The position numbers were made by a program, and so were the translations under genes. A stretch of 64,000 bases of DNA from Haliotis rubra (taxonomy: Eukaryota). Where the stretch lies: positions 24,041 through 88,040 of the forward strand of contig NW_025765324.1 in the NCBI RefSeq assembly GCF_003918875.1, in the 5' to 3' direction. A model generated the notes under the pieces. It was not told where the DNA came from and did no database searches. It saw only the letters and a program-made list of their open reading frames with translations. Of this stretch, positions 48,061-60,560 are shown in pieces; position 1 is the first letter of the stretch; the number at the start of each line of letters is the position of its first letter.

Positions 48061-49890
48061 GTGTATAACTGCAACAGCCTATACTCATCCCCTTCTCAAC
48101 TACTACAGCTTATACCCACCCCCATCTCAAGTACAACAGCCTACATTCATCCCCATCTCAACTATTACAGCTTATACTCACCCCCATCTCAACTACAACA
48201 GCTTATACTCACCCCATCTCAACTACAACAGCTTATACTCACCCCATCTCAACTACAACAGCTTATACTCACCCCCATCTCAACTACAACAGCTTATACT
48301 CACCCCATCTCAACTACAACAGCTTATACTCATCCCCATCTCAACTACTACAACAGCTTATACTCACCCCATCTAAACTACAACACATTATACCCACCCC
48401 GTCTCAACGACAACAGCTTATACTCACCCCATCTCAACTACAACAGCTTATACTCACCCCATCTCAACTACAACAGCTTATACTCACCCCATCTCAACTA
48501 CAACAGCTTATACTCACCCCATCTCAACTACAACAGCTTATACTCACCCCCATCTCAACTACAACAGCTTATACTCACCCCATCTCAACTACAACAGCTA
48601 ATACTCACCCCATCTCAACTACAACAGCTTATACTCATAGCCCCCATCTCAACTACAACAGCTTATACTCACCCCCATCTTAACTACAACAGCTTATACT
48701 CAACCCCATCTCAACTACAACAGCTTATACTCACCCCATCTCAACTACAACAGCTAATACTAACACTTTATACACCCTATCTACTACTTCAATACTCACC
48801 CCCATCTCAACTACACAGCTTAATTATATACTCACCCCATCTCCTACTAACAGCTTGTACTCACCCCATCTCAACTACAACAGCTTATACTCACCCCATC
48901 TCAACTACAACAGCTTATACTCACCCCATCTCAACTACAACAGCTTATACTCACCCCCATCTCAACTACAACAGCTTATACTCACCCCATCTCAACTACA
49001 ACAGCTTATAATCACCCCATCTCAACTACACAGCTTAATTATACTCACCCCATCTCAACTACAACAGGTTATACTCACCACATTATACTCACATCACCCC
49101 ATCTCAACTACAACAGCTTATACTCACCCCATCTCAACTACAACAGCTTATACTCACCCCCATCTCAACTACAACAGCTTATACTCACCCCATCTCAACT
49201 ACAACAGCTTATACTCACCCCATCTCAACTACAACAGCTTATACTCACCCCCATCTCAACTACATACACCCCAGCTTATACAACAGCTTATACTCACCCC
49301 ATCTCAACTACAACAGCTTATACTCACCCCATCTCAACTACAACAGCTTATACTCACCCCATCTCAACTCTACAACAGCTTATACTCACCCCCCTCCTCA
49401 TCTCAACTACAACAGCTTATACTCACCCCATCTCAACTACAACAGCTTATACTCACCCCCATCTCAACTACAACACTCACCCCATCTCAACTACAACAGC
49501 TATACTCACCCCATCTCATCACCATCCTCAGCTACAACAGCTTATACTCACCCCATCTCAAACTACAACAGCTTATACTCACCCCATCTCAACTACAACA
49601 GCTTATACTCAACTACAACAGCTTATACTCACCCCATCTCAACTACACAGCTTATACTCACCCCATCTCAACTACAACAGCTAATACTCACCCCCATCTC
49701 AACTACAGCAGCTTATATACTCACCCCATCTCAACTACAACAGCTTATACTCACCCCCATCGCAACTACAGCAGCTTATTTACTCACCCCATCTCAACTA
49801 CAAGAGCTTATACTCACCCCATCTCAACTACACATCTTATACTCACCCCATCTCAACCACAACAGCTTATACTCACAACTGCTTAACTGC
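48061..49890. repeat. Minisatellite with a 30-bp unit (tactcaccccatctcaactacaacagctta), about 60 copies.
   Basis: Regular periodicity. 30 is a multiple of 3, so long open frames arise (316 and 343 aa, SPHLNYNSLY repeats). These are judged to be artefacts. Confidence 0.9.
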
Positions 49891-50108
49891 AGCAGCCTAT
49901 ACTCACAACCGCTTCATCTATGAATTATCTAGTTTAAATACATAGCGTTAGGTTAGTGTATCGCCGTTTCGTTATTTCATATCTTTATTCCCGTTATATT
50001 AGTGAAGGTCGACCACTCCTCCACCCGCTTTGTCTTGTTTGTTGAAAACATTCTATCTCACAAAGCTTTGCTTCTACCGCTTCCTTTGTCCGTTTTCAGA
50101 TTGTGAGA

Positions 50109-50822
50109 ATGCAGCGCTTATATTCTGTCGACATCCGGGTCAGTGAGTTAGAGCGCATGCGCGTAATATGGAGCGTAAACATTGGAACAGGAAGGACTAC
50201 TTTCGCCTCTGACAACGACGACATAGATGGTGGTTCTGTGTTGTTGTATTACCTCGGCACCATCTACATCAGTCTTTCGGGGGTTGATGGTGACGCAGTG
50301 TCGACGTTGCTAGCCGTTAGAGAAGACGGCTCGAAGGGAACCGTAGTGTATACAACCAGTTATCCCCCGTCAGATTTCGCTATTTACGATGACGTCACGT
50401 TTTGTCATGACGGCACTGTTCAGATGCCCGTAGTCTGGGTTGCTCAGCAACGGGGTTCTGTTATTTCAGCTCTTGACTCTAAAACTAAAGTAATGTTTAT
50501 GAACATTACTTTAAATACCTTACTGAATGTGAAGCACGTCAGGTTATCCTCAAAACTAATGGTACATAAAGATACTGCTGATAGGTTTGTACTCATGTTC
50601 GCATTGAGCGTTGCAAACACCACTGCCGAAAGGTACTCTCAACACCTCGTGACGCTGCAAGGTGTTCTGTCTTCTAAGAAAGCGCCTACCGTGATGTGGA
50701 GTACTCCCTTACCCGATTCGTTTCAGGTTAGAGGCCAAATCAGTCTTGTTAGCGGATCCTATGAGACATTCGTCGCAACTGCTAGGAATATGACCGGTGT
50801 GTATGCTTTTGGCGTCCATTAA
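50109..50822 (+). CDS. Unknown-function protein A (237 aa from the ATG): MQRLYSVDIRVSELERMRVIW…MWSTPLPDSFQVRGQISLVSGSYETFVATARNMTGVYAFGVH*.
   Basis: The ATG is at 50109; the track ORF starts at GTG 50103. A strong acceptor-like tract ccgttttcag ends at 50100, so this may be the last large exon of a spliced gene. It is a paralog of the adjacent ORF B, sharing N- and C-terminal blocks. Confidence 0.4.
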   Translation: MQRLYSVDIRVSELERMRVIWSVNIGTGRTTFASDNDDIDGGSVLLYYLGTIYISLSGVDGDAVSTLLAVREDGSKGTVVYTTSYPPSDFAIYDDVTFCHDGTVQMPVVWVAQQRGSVISALDSKTKVMFMNITLNTLLNVKHVRLSSKLMVHKDTADRFVLMFALSVANTTAERYSQHLVTLQGVLSSKKAPTVMWSTPLPDSFQVRGQISLVSGSYETFVATARNMTGVYAFGVH

Positions 50823-51578
50823 ATGTCGATTGAATAAAATTTAAAATGATTAGTTTTGCCATATTACGAGTGATTCATTAGTGTTTTCCCCTAAATAAAA
50901 CATGTTTTCAATAGAAGCGGTCATGTTTTCATTCAAATGTTGATTGCGAATGTATGTTATCTGTCGTAAAAGCGTTGATCTTATTTGACTGCTTCCTACT
51001 GTGACCTACATTCAGCAACATCTCAGCTTTCCCTTCCCTTCTCACAGCATTCACTGTACCTACAGATGAGCTTGTCCTTCTACTCCACAACCCCTCACAC
51101 GCTGTACAACTGACCTGTCCCTCCCTACCCCACCCCTTGTCATGCAACACCCACTGTACTTACAGCTTACCTGTCTCTCCCCACCCTATCTCTGAAGTAC
51201 CCCTTCATCTGCCATCGTCTCTGTCCTGTGACATGCGCACCTGCTGTCACTGTGACGTATTTGAACAATCCACAATAAAGCCTTTGCTGGCAGATTTTGT
51301 ACTGCAGAATACTGAGAGACCGATATTGTCTGACCTCACTGCAGGGTACCGGGCGGGCGCTGACAGCCGTATTCATCCCTGTCCTAGTAGCACAACATCA
51401 CCCCAACTCTGTAGTTGAGCATTTCCCTTCGATTGTTTGTATAGAGAGACTTTACTGAGCCTATCGGCTATCCTTGCATCGCAAAGGCAAGGTAAAACAC
51501 TGGCTTTTAATGAATGACATATTGTATCACTGATTATATCAGGTTCTTCCATATTTTCCACAGTTGGGCACTCTAGCT

Positions 51579-52967
51579 ATGCAACGTCTGTACGCCATGG
51601 ACATCTTGGATCGCATGGTGAAGCCTATCGATATCGTCTGGTACTTGAACCTGGAACTAGAGGTCAAGGTCAACTACCGGGAACCAGTGAAATCCAAGAA
51701 ATCGCCCCAGTATGAACCGAAACAAACCAGTAAGGACATAGATGGTAGTAAACAGAGGCCAATAGCCAGGATCTCGCGTGAAGCAGTACACCCGAGGAAC
51801 CCGGACAAAATGAATCAGTCTCGTCTATCCAGAAACAAACATGCCACACTAGAGCACGACACGAGATTAAAGTATAAGACGGCTGATCGGGCAGAACGTA
51901 ACTCCTTCGTGCTAGACATGCTAAAACGATCTATAGCAAAGGGTGGCAAAAGCTTTAGGGAACCTACCAACAGTTTGCGTAATCCAGCACATCGACATGA
52001 CGTGTCTTCCGACGTACTTGAAATGGTTCAGCACGAGTCTATACAATTCATCGGTACAGGAAACACAAACAAGTATCAAAACTCTGGTACTTCCCGTACA
52101 GGAAACACAAAGTCTGGTACTTCCGGTACGGGCGGTTACCAAAAGGACCGCCATCCCCCCAGCAACATTCGCCACCAATGGTCTCAGCAGACAAGTGAAC
52201 AGTCAAGTTTGAGCTACTTCTTTGGAACAGTGATGGCCAGCGTGGCTCCCCCTATCGGGATCTGTGACATGCTGACATTGGAGGAACATCGTCAGAGTTG
52301 CCTGGAAAGCTCATTTTCCAGACTGGTAGGCATTCAAGATCTAGGAACCAACATGAGTCTGTTATACAGCAACAACTTCTCTCTATCTCACATGTCAGTC
52401 TATGACTCATCGTACGGCAGAATGGGGCTGCACTCGTCCTGGAACACTTCTATTAAGCAAGAAGACGCGGATCCCAAACACGACAAAACACAAGCTACGC
52501 ACACACAGCAACGGACCAGGCTTGGCGAGGGAAGTCTGGTGTGGGCTGTCACTCAGTTTGGGGACACCATTAACGGATTCGATCAAATCTCAAGCCAGGT
52601 CCAACAAATCGCTAACGTTTCCCAAATGCTGAACACCACAGTACAAGTGACGTCAAGGGTGATGGTAGCCTTAGATCCAAAAACGCACGCTGACCTCCTT
52701 CTGTTCGCCGTAAGACGGGTGAATAAAACTGAGCCCCACTCTTCATTCAATGCCACGAATTACCTAGTTGCCTTGGATACATCCTTTGGTGACGGAGAGG
52801 CAAACATTATGTGGACATTTCCAGTTCCCTATGATTATGAAGTTCAAGGTCAGATTGCCGTGTTGGAAGTTCCATGGGTGAATAGTACCTCACCGCTTTT
52901 AGTCGCAACAGCCCAGGGCCCAGTCAGCCAGATAGCATTCGCATTTAACTTCACCCAGACTCTGTGA
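51579..52967 (+). CDS. Unknown-function protein B (462 aa from the ATG): MQRLYAMDILDRMVKPIDIVW… a long S/T/N/K-rich low-complexity middle …MWTFPVPYDYEVQGQIAVLEVPW…AFNFTQTL*.
   Basis: The ATG is at 51579; the track ORF starts at TTG 51564. The acceptor-like tract tattttccacag ends at 51563. It shares blocks with ORF A (MQRLY.(V/M)DI; MW(S/T).P(L/V)P…(V/E)(R/Q)GQI). Codon usage is GC-richer than the surrounding DNA. Confidence 0.4.
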   Translation: MQRLYAMDILDRMVKPIDIVWYLNLELEVKVNYREPVKSKKSPQYEPKQTSKDIDGSKQRPIARISREAVHPRNPDKMNQSRLSRNKHATLEHDTRLKYKTADRAERNSFVLDMLKRSIAKGGKSFREPTNSLRNPAHRHDVSSDVLEMVQHESIQFIGTGNTNKYQNSGTSRTGNTKSGTSGTGGYQKDRHPPSNIRHQWSQQTSEQSSLSYFFGTVMASVAPPIGICDMLTLEEHRQSCLESSFSRLVGIQDLGTNMSLLYSNNFSLSHMSVYDSSYGRMGLHSSWNTSIKQEDADPKHDKTQATHTQQRTRLGEGSLVWAVTQFGDTINGFDQISSQVQQIANVSQMLNTTVQVTSRVMVALDPKTHADLLLFAVRRVNKTEPHSSFNATNYLVALDTSFGDGEANIMWTFPVPYDYEVQGQIAVLEVPWVNSTSPLLVATAQGPVSQIAFAFNFTQTL

Positions 52968-53529
52968 ATAAACCATTCCAATCTGATATAACGATCCGCC
53001 CAAGACCAATTTCTTGAAGGTTATGGCACCATTTGATGCTTTCGTCTAATTTATGATGAATGTCTCCCACTCGCTTCTTGATTGATACATCCGGTGAAAT
53101 CTCACAGCAAACTGTGAACAAATAGTTTTTATAGAAAAAAATATCTTGGGAGACGTTTTCAAGAATTGTATGCTCTCTCATCATTTGGAGAAGATACCCC
53201 CAGATTATCTTGTTCCCAAACTTACTTTGTTCAGTATAGGTAAAATCAATTTAACGTAATGATACTGTATTATAAGTATATATTTTCTGGTACGATTAGA
53301 AAGGATACTGCGATAAGTTGACGGTGCCAAATGAAGTGTGGAGCCGTGGTGTCGATAAAAGAATATTTGTGATTTCCATTAACTTTTGTACATGTGTAAT
53401 CATTGATACATTGATTTCTTTCCCTAATAAACTACATGTGTTGTCACAAAGGACCGATTGGAGCATTCGTGTTTTCATGAACGGATGGTCAAGTTAAACA
53501 GTTCAGTTAATTTGGATGAGCGTTTCAGA

Positions 53530-53690
53530 TTCTAACTTTGTGTTGTTGTTGTATCTTACTTTATGTTGTTGTTGTATCTTACTTTGTGTTGTTGTTGTAT
53601 CTTACTTTGTGTTGTTGTATCTTACTTTGTGTTGTATCTTACTTTGTGTTGTTGTATCTAACTTTGTGTTGTTGTTGTTGTTGAAAATAG
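53530..53690. repeat. Tandem repeat of about 23-25 bp (gtgttgttgttgtatcttacttt).
   Basis: Visible. ORF 53516..53698 is an artefact. Confidence 0.85.
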
Positions 53691-54774
53691 CTTCATAAAT
53701 GTGGATCAATTTGAGCAGGAATGGTTTTGATGGGGATGCGTAATATATTATGTAAGTGAAGAGCTTTGCGTCTGAAAAGATAATGAACCTCTAGTCTCAT
53801 TCAAACAAATGACTGCATAAGGGTTATTACTAGCATAGTAAAAACAATATTTGTGAGTTTCATAAAAATGTACTTATGACAATTCATGTACTTAGATAAA
53901 TTTTGACATACAGCGCATTCTGGTCATGTCATTTGATGTGGATTTTGATGTTCAATTATCTTTGTATTATCTTACACACATATTTCTGCTGAACCATAAA
54001 TTCAATTTGATACCATCATAACACTAATGGTACAAATATACAGGCAAACTGTAAATCGGCATTTCGTCTTTACGTGGCTTCTGTTGCATTTTCTACCAAA
54101 GACTTTATACTAGATATAATTGTTTTAGCCCTATGTAACTTCATACATAACTATTTAGCATCAAGATATCTTTATCAGCATGATAGAGTGATAATATTCT
54201 TTTACTTGCCCTGTCTCCCCAAAATACGACAACTCCAGTTACTATGCTCTTGTTTATGAGGTCATCGACTGGAGTGGCGGACAATTATACTCGGTTTATT
54301 GTTTCACGCTTCACTTGGTAATATTCTAACTGGATCAGACTTGTCTGCGAAAATCCGATCACAACATTGGTGCCACTTTATGGTCAGCGTCACAAGGTGC
54401 CCACGATGACGCCACAATGGTGACGTCACAGAGAGTTAGCCATAAAGGAACCTATTACTTACATGCTATGGGTGAATAGTCCTATCTATGTTGTGACGTT
54501 AAACAATCACAATGTCAAGGTGTTGAGGACAAATGCTGAGGAAAACGTGAGCCTGCAGGTGTAGCAGGGCTGAAAATGAAACGATATATAAGACGGGTGC
54601 ATGTTGTCTTTAATTCATTCATTCATTCATGTCTCACTCTAGAATAGGTGAATTCAGTAACGCCACTCAATCCAGCAACACAATGTAGTAGGTCGCGGAG
54701 ATGCAACAAATTGTTTACGATTATTATCAAAACGTAAATTGACTTTCAGCAACACGCTGTCATAATGCACAGTC

Positions 54775-55300
54775 GAATCTCATTGACTTTCGGTTAGAAG
54801 TTAGGTCTTGTCATGCCGAGGACCCGGGTTTGATTCCCTACCATGGCACAATGTGTTGAGCCTTTTCTAGAGTCCGCCATTGTGACATATCCTTAAAGCG
54901 ACGTAAAACAAATATTGGTGCTTCCATAGACTAGCTAACGCTTAATCTCTGAATATATATGATTTTGACAGCAACAAATAAACACATTTAAATTGAAAAG
55001 GCGCCCCAGTGAGATGGGAAATTGAACCTGAGAAAATCTAGACTTGGTTCATTTATGGCTTTGGCATTGCATGGGAAAATAATGTGGTTGAGGGACTGTG
55101 AAACAGACTAGTCCTTCCGGTGTGCCTGCTGATGCTTGTTCATTAATAATCGTTGGGGTAAAGTTTCTGAATATATATATAGTTTGTTTCTGAAACAAGT
55201 GTTGAAAACAGTTAACTCGATTTGAATTAAAGAGGAGTCCCTGCTGTTACTGAGAAATATCTAGACTTGCTTCATTTGTATTGTCGAAAAGGCTCGCCAA
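54775..55300 (+). mobile_element. SINE-B head (54775-54905) followed directly by two D-module copies (54925-55110 and 55150-55300).
   Basis: Consensus matches. This arrangement shows that the head and the D-module can be contiguous. Confidence 0.65.
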
Positions 55301-55665
55301 AGGGGGTGAGGTGAGGTGAAATTGGGTTTAACGTCGTGCTTGAGAATATTTCGCTCATATGACGAAGTGTATGCGTGTGTATGTGTATGTGCGGCTGCTT
55401 GTACTAGCTGGTTTTAGAGTGCAAGCCCATTGAGATACCATGCCGCAGAGAAAGCATGAATACCCCTCTCAGACACATTATACTGACTCCGAGCCGACCA
55501 GTCCTTGTTGTACCCATTAATGCCGAGCGCCAGGCAGGGACCAACAAGTACCATATTTTAACGTCTTTTGGTATGACGCGGTCGGGGATCGAACCCGCGA
55601 CCTTCCGCTCTCCGGGCGGACGCTCTTACCACTACAGCATGGAGGCGGTCGGCTCGCCAAAGGGA
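55300..55665 (-). mobile_element. SINE-C, second copy.
   Basis: It aligns with 19640-20000 along its whole length. Confidence 0.7.
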
Positions 55666-56117
55666 ACAAAACATATCCATATTAGGTACGCTGGTCTAGA
55701 TTAAAAACAATAATGGTGAATATAAAAATGTATATTTTGTTATAGTAATTTGAATTCATTTTATTTCAGCAATTTAGCTTCATACTTACCACGTGTTTTA
55801 AGCATCGTGTTCAGAAGACACTTGTTCTGCCTTTGCGTGTTGAGTGATATCTGATGTAACTTTCAGGTTTATGAGTGAGTGCATATGGTTATATATTATA
55901 AGGAATAATCCAGCACGGCGGAGCGACACTACAAATGGGCCTCACACATTGTCCCATGTGGGGAATCGAACTCGGGTCTTCGGGTTGACGAGCAAACGTT
56001 TACCACAAGGCTACCCCACCGCCTGTTTATGTCAAGAGGTTGTCGGGATTCAGGGACGAGGAAATAAGTATCAGAATGTGAAAAAAGATGGTCTTCGGGA
56101 TTAAAGACAGGAAATGT

Positions 56118-57122
56118 TGGCATACTCTGAGGCGGCAACCTGAAGTTAGCAACGAGTTCGTTATTCACTATATGTCTCATCAGATCTATCTAATATAAGA
56201 TAGTGTAAATCCCAGCAACTGTTTAGTTATTCAGCACCTCTGAACAACGAAAAACTAACCAGCACCGGGTTTGTTATTCAGACTCGGACTAGTGTTGAAT
56301 AACGAATAGCGTGCTAGCAGCGGGTTCGTTATTCAAACGCTCTACATGGAATATCTATAGTAATGTCGCCATTGAAACGCATGTAACAAAAGACAGCAGG
56401 TGTATTAATGTGAAAGAGATGTTGAGTTGTTAAGAAGTTCTGATAGAATAACTAAACAGCGCCGGAATATCTATAGTAGTGTGGCCATATACACTGCACG
56501 TTTCTTTTACAAGTGTAGGACTGTGCAAGAGCTGTTTAGTTATTCAGCACTTCCGAATAACGAAAAACTAACCAGCGCCGGGTTCGTTTTTCAGTGTATG
56601 CCCATTAATTCTATCAAATGTAAGATATATATAAAATACCGTATTTCCAGAGGGTTCGTGTATCGTTATTCGTCTTCCGAATAACGAATAACGTGCTAGC
56701 AGCGGGTTTCGTTATTCGGTTTTGAATAGCGAAACACGGACCTGCTGGAAATTCGGTATGTTGAATTTGTTATCATATATTTGATAGAATTGATGGGCAT
56801 AAACTGAATAACGAAACAGGTGCTTGTTAGCTTTTCGTTATTCATGAATGTTGAATAACTACACAGCTCTTGCATAGTAGTACACCTGTAAAATGAACCT
56901 GCTGTATTCCATTACATAGGTATCAGTGTATATGACCCCACCGCTGTAGATTTTTCATGTATAGCCTTTGAATAACGAACCCGCTGCTAGCACGTTATTC
57001 GTGATTTGAAAAACGAATAAAGATTAACGAACCTGTTGCTAGCACGGTATTCGTTATTCGAAAAATGAATAACGAATAACGAACCCGCTGCTAACTTCAG
57101 GCTGCTCTCTGAGGCATACTCA
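56118..57122. mobile_element. Foldback-like non-autonomous element of about 1 kb. Its termini are inverted (gcatactctgagg…cctgaagttagcaacgagttcgttattc / gaataacgaacccgctgctaacttcagg…ctctgaggcatactc). Its interior is built from gaataacgaa-type and gctagcagcgggttcgttattc-type subrepeats in both orientations.
   Basis: The terminal inverted repeat of about 30 bp and the internal inverted subrepeat pairs (for example 56540-56600 against 56800-56860) were read directly. There is no coding capacity. Confidence 0.6.
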
Positions 57123-57169
57123 AAAACAAAAATAACCTGAAATATTTGTTTTCCATGTTTTTAAACATC

Positions 57170-57385
57170 TTACCCATGCTTCTTGTAAGAGGCGACTAAC
57201 GGGTTCAGGTGGTCAGGCTCGCTGACTGGGTTGACACATGTCATCGGTTCCCAATTGCACAGATCGATGCTCATGTTATTGATCACTGGATTGTCTGGTC
57301 CAGACTCGATCATTTACAGACCGCCGACATATAGCTGGAATATTGCTGAGTACGGCGTAAAACTAAGCTCACTCAATCACTTAAA
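57170..57385 (+). mobile_element. SINE-A copy.
   Basis: Consensus match. Confidence 0.8.
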
Positions 57386-57639
57386 CATCTTAATCCTTGA
57401 ACAGACGGAGCTCGTCCAAAATAGGTAATGCTATTTTATTAACGGCATTAGATACGTAAAGAAGTATACAAACGTAATAATAAGTTAATGTAACGAAATA
57501 TATATATAAGGTAATATACTGGTCATTCTACCAGTAATTCTCTATTCATTGTAAACGACTTTAAGGACCGGCTTGCTGAAAGTACGTGTGTGTAAGCACG
57601 TGCTGACTATCGTAAATTCGACACCACACAACCTGTCTC

Positions 57640-57790
57640 GCTTTTAAGCCCCGCCCACTTCTCGGCAATAATCACGTGCAGGTTGTGCAGAGCTGTCTGT
57701 GTTTTGTCTGTCACGCGACGCTCAAAGCGGCTGCGCGACCTTGCACGGACTGTAAATGACAGAAACTTCTTGGTCGGGGCGGGAATCTGG
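57640..57790. promoter_or_regulatory. GC-rich island. It has two inverted Sp1-type GC boxes (gccccgccc at 57648-57656 and ggggcgggaat at 57775-57785) and an E-box CACGTG (57674-57679).
   Basis: It is a local CpG-rich patch in AT-rich DNA with a palindromic arrangement. It may be a bidirectional or CpG-island promoter. The target gene was not identified. Confidence 0.3.
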
Positions 57791-58269
57791 AGGTTCACAT
57801 GATTATATCAGTATAAATATTGGTGCAGTATAGAAGAAGTTTCTCGGTCATCTGCTTTTAACTATAAAATCTGGGAGAGGGGGGGGACAATTTGTATCAA
57901 AATACAAAACCACATTGTGGAATCTGTCATCCCTTCACTGAAGTCTTCACTATCTTGAGATATTGCTGTTGGCAAATTTTGTTAATCACGAGACTCATTT
58001 AGCAAAGCACCTCGTTCCAACTAAAGGAATGTCTGTTTGGTTTCAAGACATTGTTTAGATTTTTAATGTTTAGCTTACATATTTTCTCTGGACGGACGCT
58101 CTAACAACTACACCACGGAGGCGGTCTTTCAAACATGAACAGGTGCAGAGTTACTGTATTAAAATATACTAGAAGTATCGAAAACTGAAATCGTAGAATA
58201 TCTCTCCGCTACTGAGGCTGGTTTTATAATGCATGCCGATTGAAATATCATCTCGCAGTCTGACGTGAG

Positions 58270-58440
58270 TGAATAAGTTTAGGTTTACGCCGCTTTTTCC
58301 AATATTCCAGCAAAATCACGGCGGGGGACACCAGGAATGGGCTTCACACATTGTACCCGTGTGGGGAATGGAACCCGGGTCTTCGGCGTGACGAGCGAAC
58401 GCTTTAACCACTAGGCTACCCCACAAGTCCGTGCGACGCA
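58270..58440 (-). mobile_element. SINE-B copy. Further copies are at 58690-58860(-), 59635-59805(-) and 55935-56035(-).
   Basis: The reverse complement gives the tRNA-like head ggggtagcctagtggttaaagcgttcgctcgtcacgccgaagacccgggttccattcc plus the shared tail. Confidence 0.7.
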
Positions 58441-60560
58441 ATGTATTGTATAAACGTGTAGTATAGACATTGCGGTATATATTCCAAATGTTTTTGACTC
58501 GTCCCAAACTGTAAATGCATGTTTAACGCCGCCAAACTCTATACTGTTACAGACATGCTTGTAAATTAATTATAAAAATCTGCCAAGCTTGAACAGCACC
58601 TCCACGATGGTGAATACACTTGTTAAGCACTGACCCCGCTAATCTGGAAATCCTTTCAAGACAGATCTCCTGGACACACCCACCTGTATGAGGGAGTGAG
58701 TTTGGTTTTACGCCGCTTTTAGCAATATTCCAGTAACATCACGGCGGGGGGGACGCCAGAAATGGGCTTTACACATTGTGCCCATGTGGGGAATCGAACC
58801 CGGGCCTTCGGCGTGACGAGCGGACGCTTTAACCATTAGGCTACCCAACCACCTGTATGAATTGTCAGACATTTCACTCAGTAGCTATATTTCATTAATC
58901 TTGAAATGTCTCCGTGGGAATGCAACCGTCCGTATTATGGTGGTATGCTGCAATAAACATCCTCAGGCAGGGCTGGACGGGGTTGAGTGAATGCTATTTA
59001 GCGCCGCAGTGAGCAATGTTCCAGCGTTATTACTTATGACGGACTGTAATTAACCCAGTCTGGACAATTCGATCCAGTGATCAAGGGAAATATGTACGAT
59101 CGTTCCTGCCTTATGGGGTGGTCTGGGTTAAATTAATTTATTCAAATCCGAACTTAGTGGCTTTTACATTTATTTTCTTAAATTAAATAAACATAATATA
59201 TAGTGGAACGATCGGAAGTATTACCCCACCGGATCCATTTGTCAGTGACTGGACGATCCCGTTGGCATCTGCATGCCAATATTGCTTGACTGTGTAGACT
59301 GAGTCGACTGCAAGGGATTCACATTATGCGACAAATCTGAAAGATCTCTTTTCCCGCTTGAGCGGGCATCCCATTGTGAACTATCATACATTGTAACTAT
59401 GTATTGTGAATAACGAATTGCGTGCTTTTGAATTTAGTGCATTGTCATTTTCTGTTTTTTAATAATAATGTAATGAATATATATGCTTTTAAAATAGAAC
59501 TCATTTGAGCTTTGTACTTAAAAGGTGTATTAATTCAAACTTGATCTCGTCACTACATGGCTGGAATAATGCCGATGTTACATAAAACCCAACTCAACTC
59601 AACAGCTGCTCAGACAGCTATCGAGTGCAGGGTACAGCGAGTGAGTATATTTAATGCCGCTTTTAGCGATATACCAGGATTATCGCGACAGTACACCAGA
59701 AACTGGCTTCCAACATTGTAACCATGTGGGGAATCGAACTCAGGTCTTCGGCGTGACGAGCCAACGCTTTAACCACTAGGCTAGCCGACCGCATTGGGTA
59801 CAGTTATCACCCACCCTTTTAGTCGTCTCTTCCGACATGCAACATAACCGTTACTATCACGGTAAAGTCAGTTGACAAAGCAAAACATAACACTCGGGTA
59901 GGAATTACATCTATATTCTATGGTACTAAAACTACTTTTCAATACAGAAGTGTCTTTACAAAGTCGACCTATTTACAGGAGTCATATTCCATCAATATTA
60001 CATACTGACGGTCATAAAATAACATCAATAAAACTGTCGGAAACTTCTAAAATTTCAAATTTACAATGACGTATAATCCTACATGCTAAAGCATCATAAA
60101 TAAAAGCATTTAAATGCACAATAAGATCTACTAGATACTCAACAAAAAATCTGAAATCTTAAAATGATGTAAAATTTCAGGCTATTTCTTGAAACGTACT
60201 ATTTTAAACTAAAATGTCTATTAAGTTTGACAGTCATTGCACCAAAACACGTTGCTAAAATGTCCCCGCATTTTAACACATAGCACTGCAAGCTTTCTGT
60301 CAAAACGGTAAATTCGTTTCGAGCACAGCACTCTTGTTAACACATTCACGTGTTCCTAGACTAAACAATAAACAGAACTAGATAGTATATATCATACACA
60401 ACACGGTGAGTTCATCAATTCCTCAATGAGTCAATATTAAAATCAGTTGCGAATAAAAACAGCTCCTCATCTGGAAAACTGGATTCATGACGAGTCCCCG
60501 TCACAACAACATACACTTGAAATGTGGAATGTAACAGTATACACAACGCAGGTAAACTCT

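Noticed and set aside
48061-49886. 316- and 343-aa ORFs with SPHLNYNSLY/ISTTTAYTHP repeats as protein-coding genes.
   Set aside because: They lie entirely inside a 30-bp minisatellite and have no plausible start, signal peptide or splice context. This is kept as a low-probability finding only.
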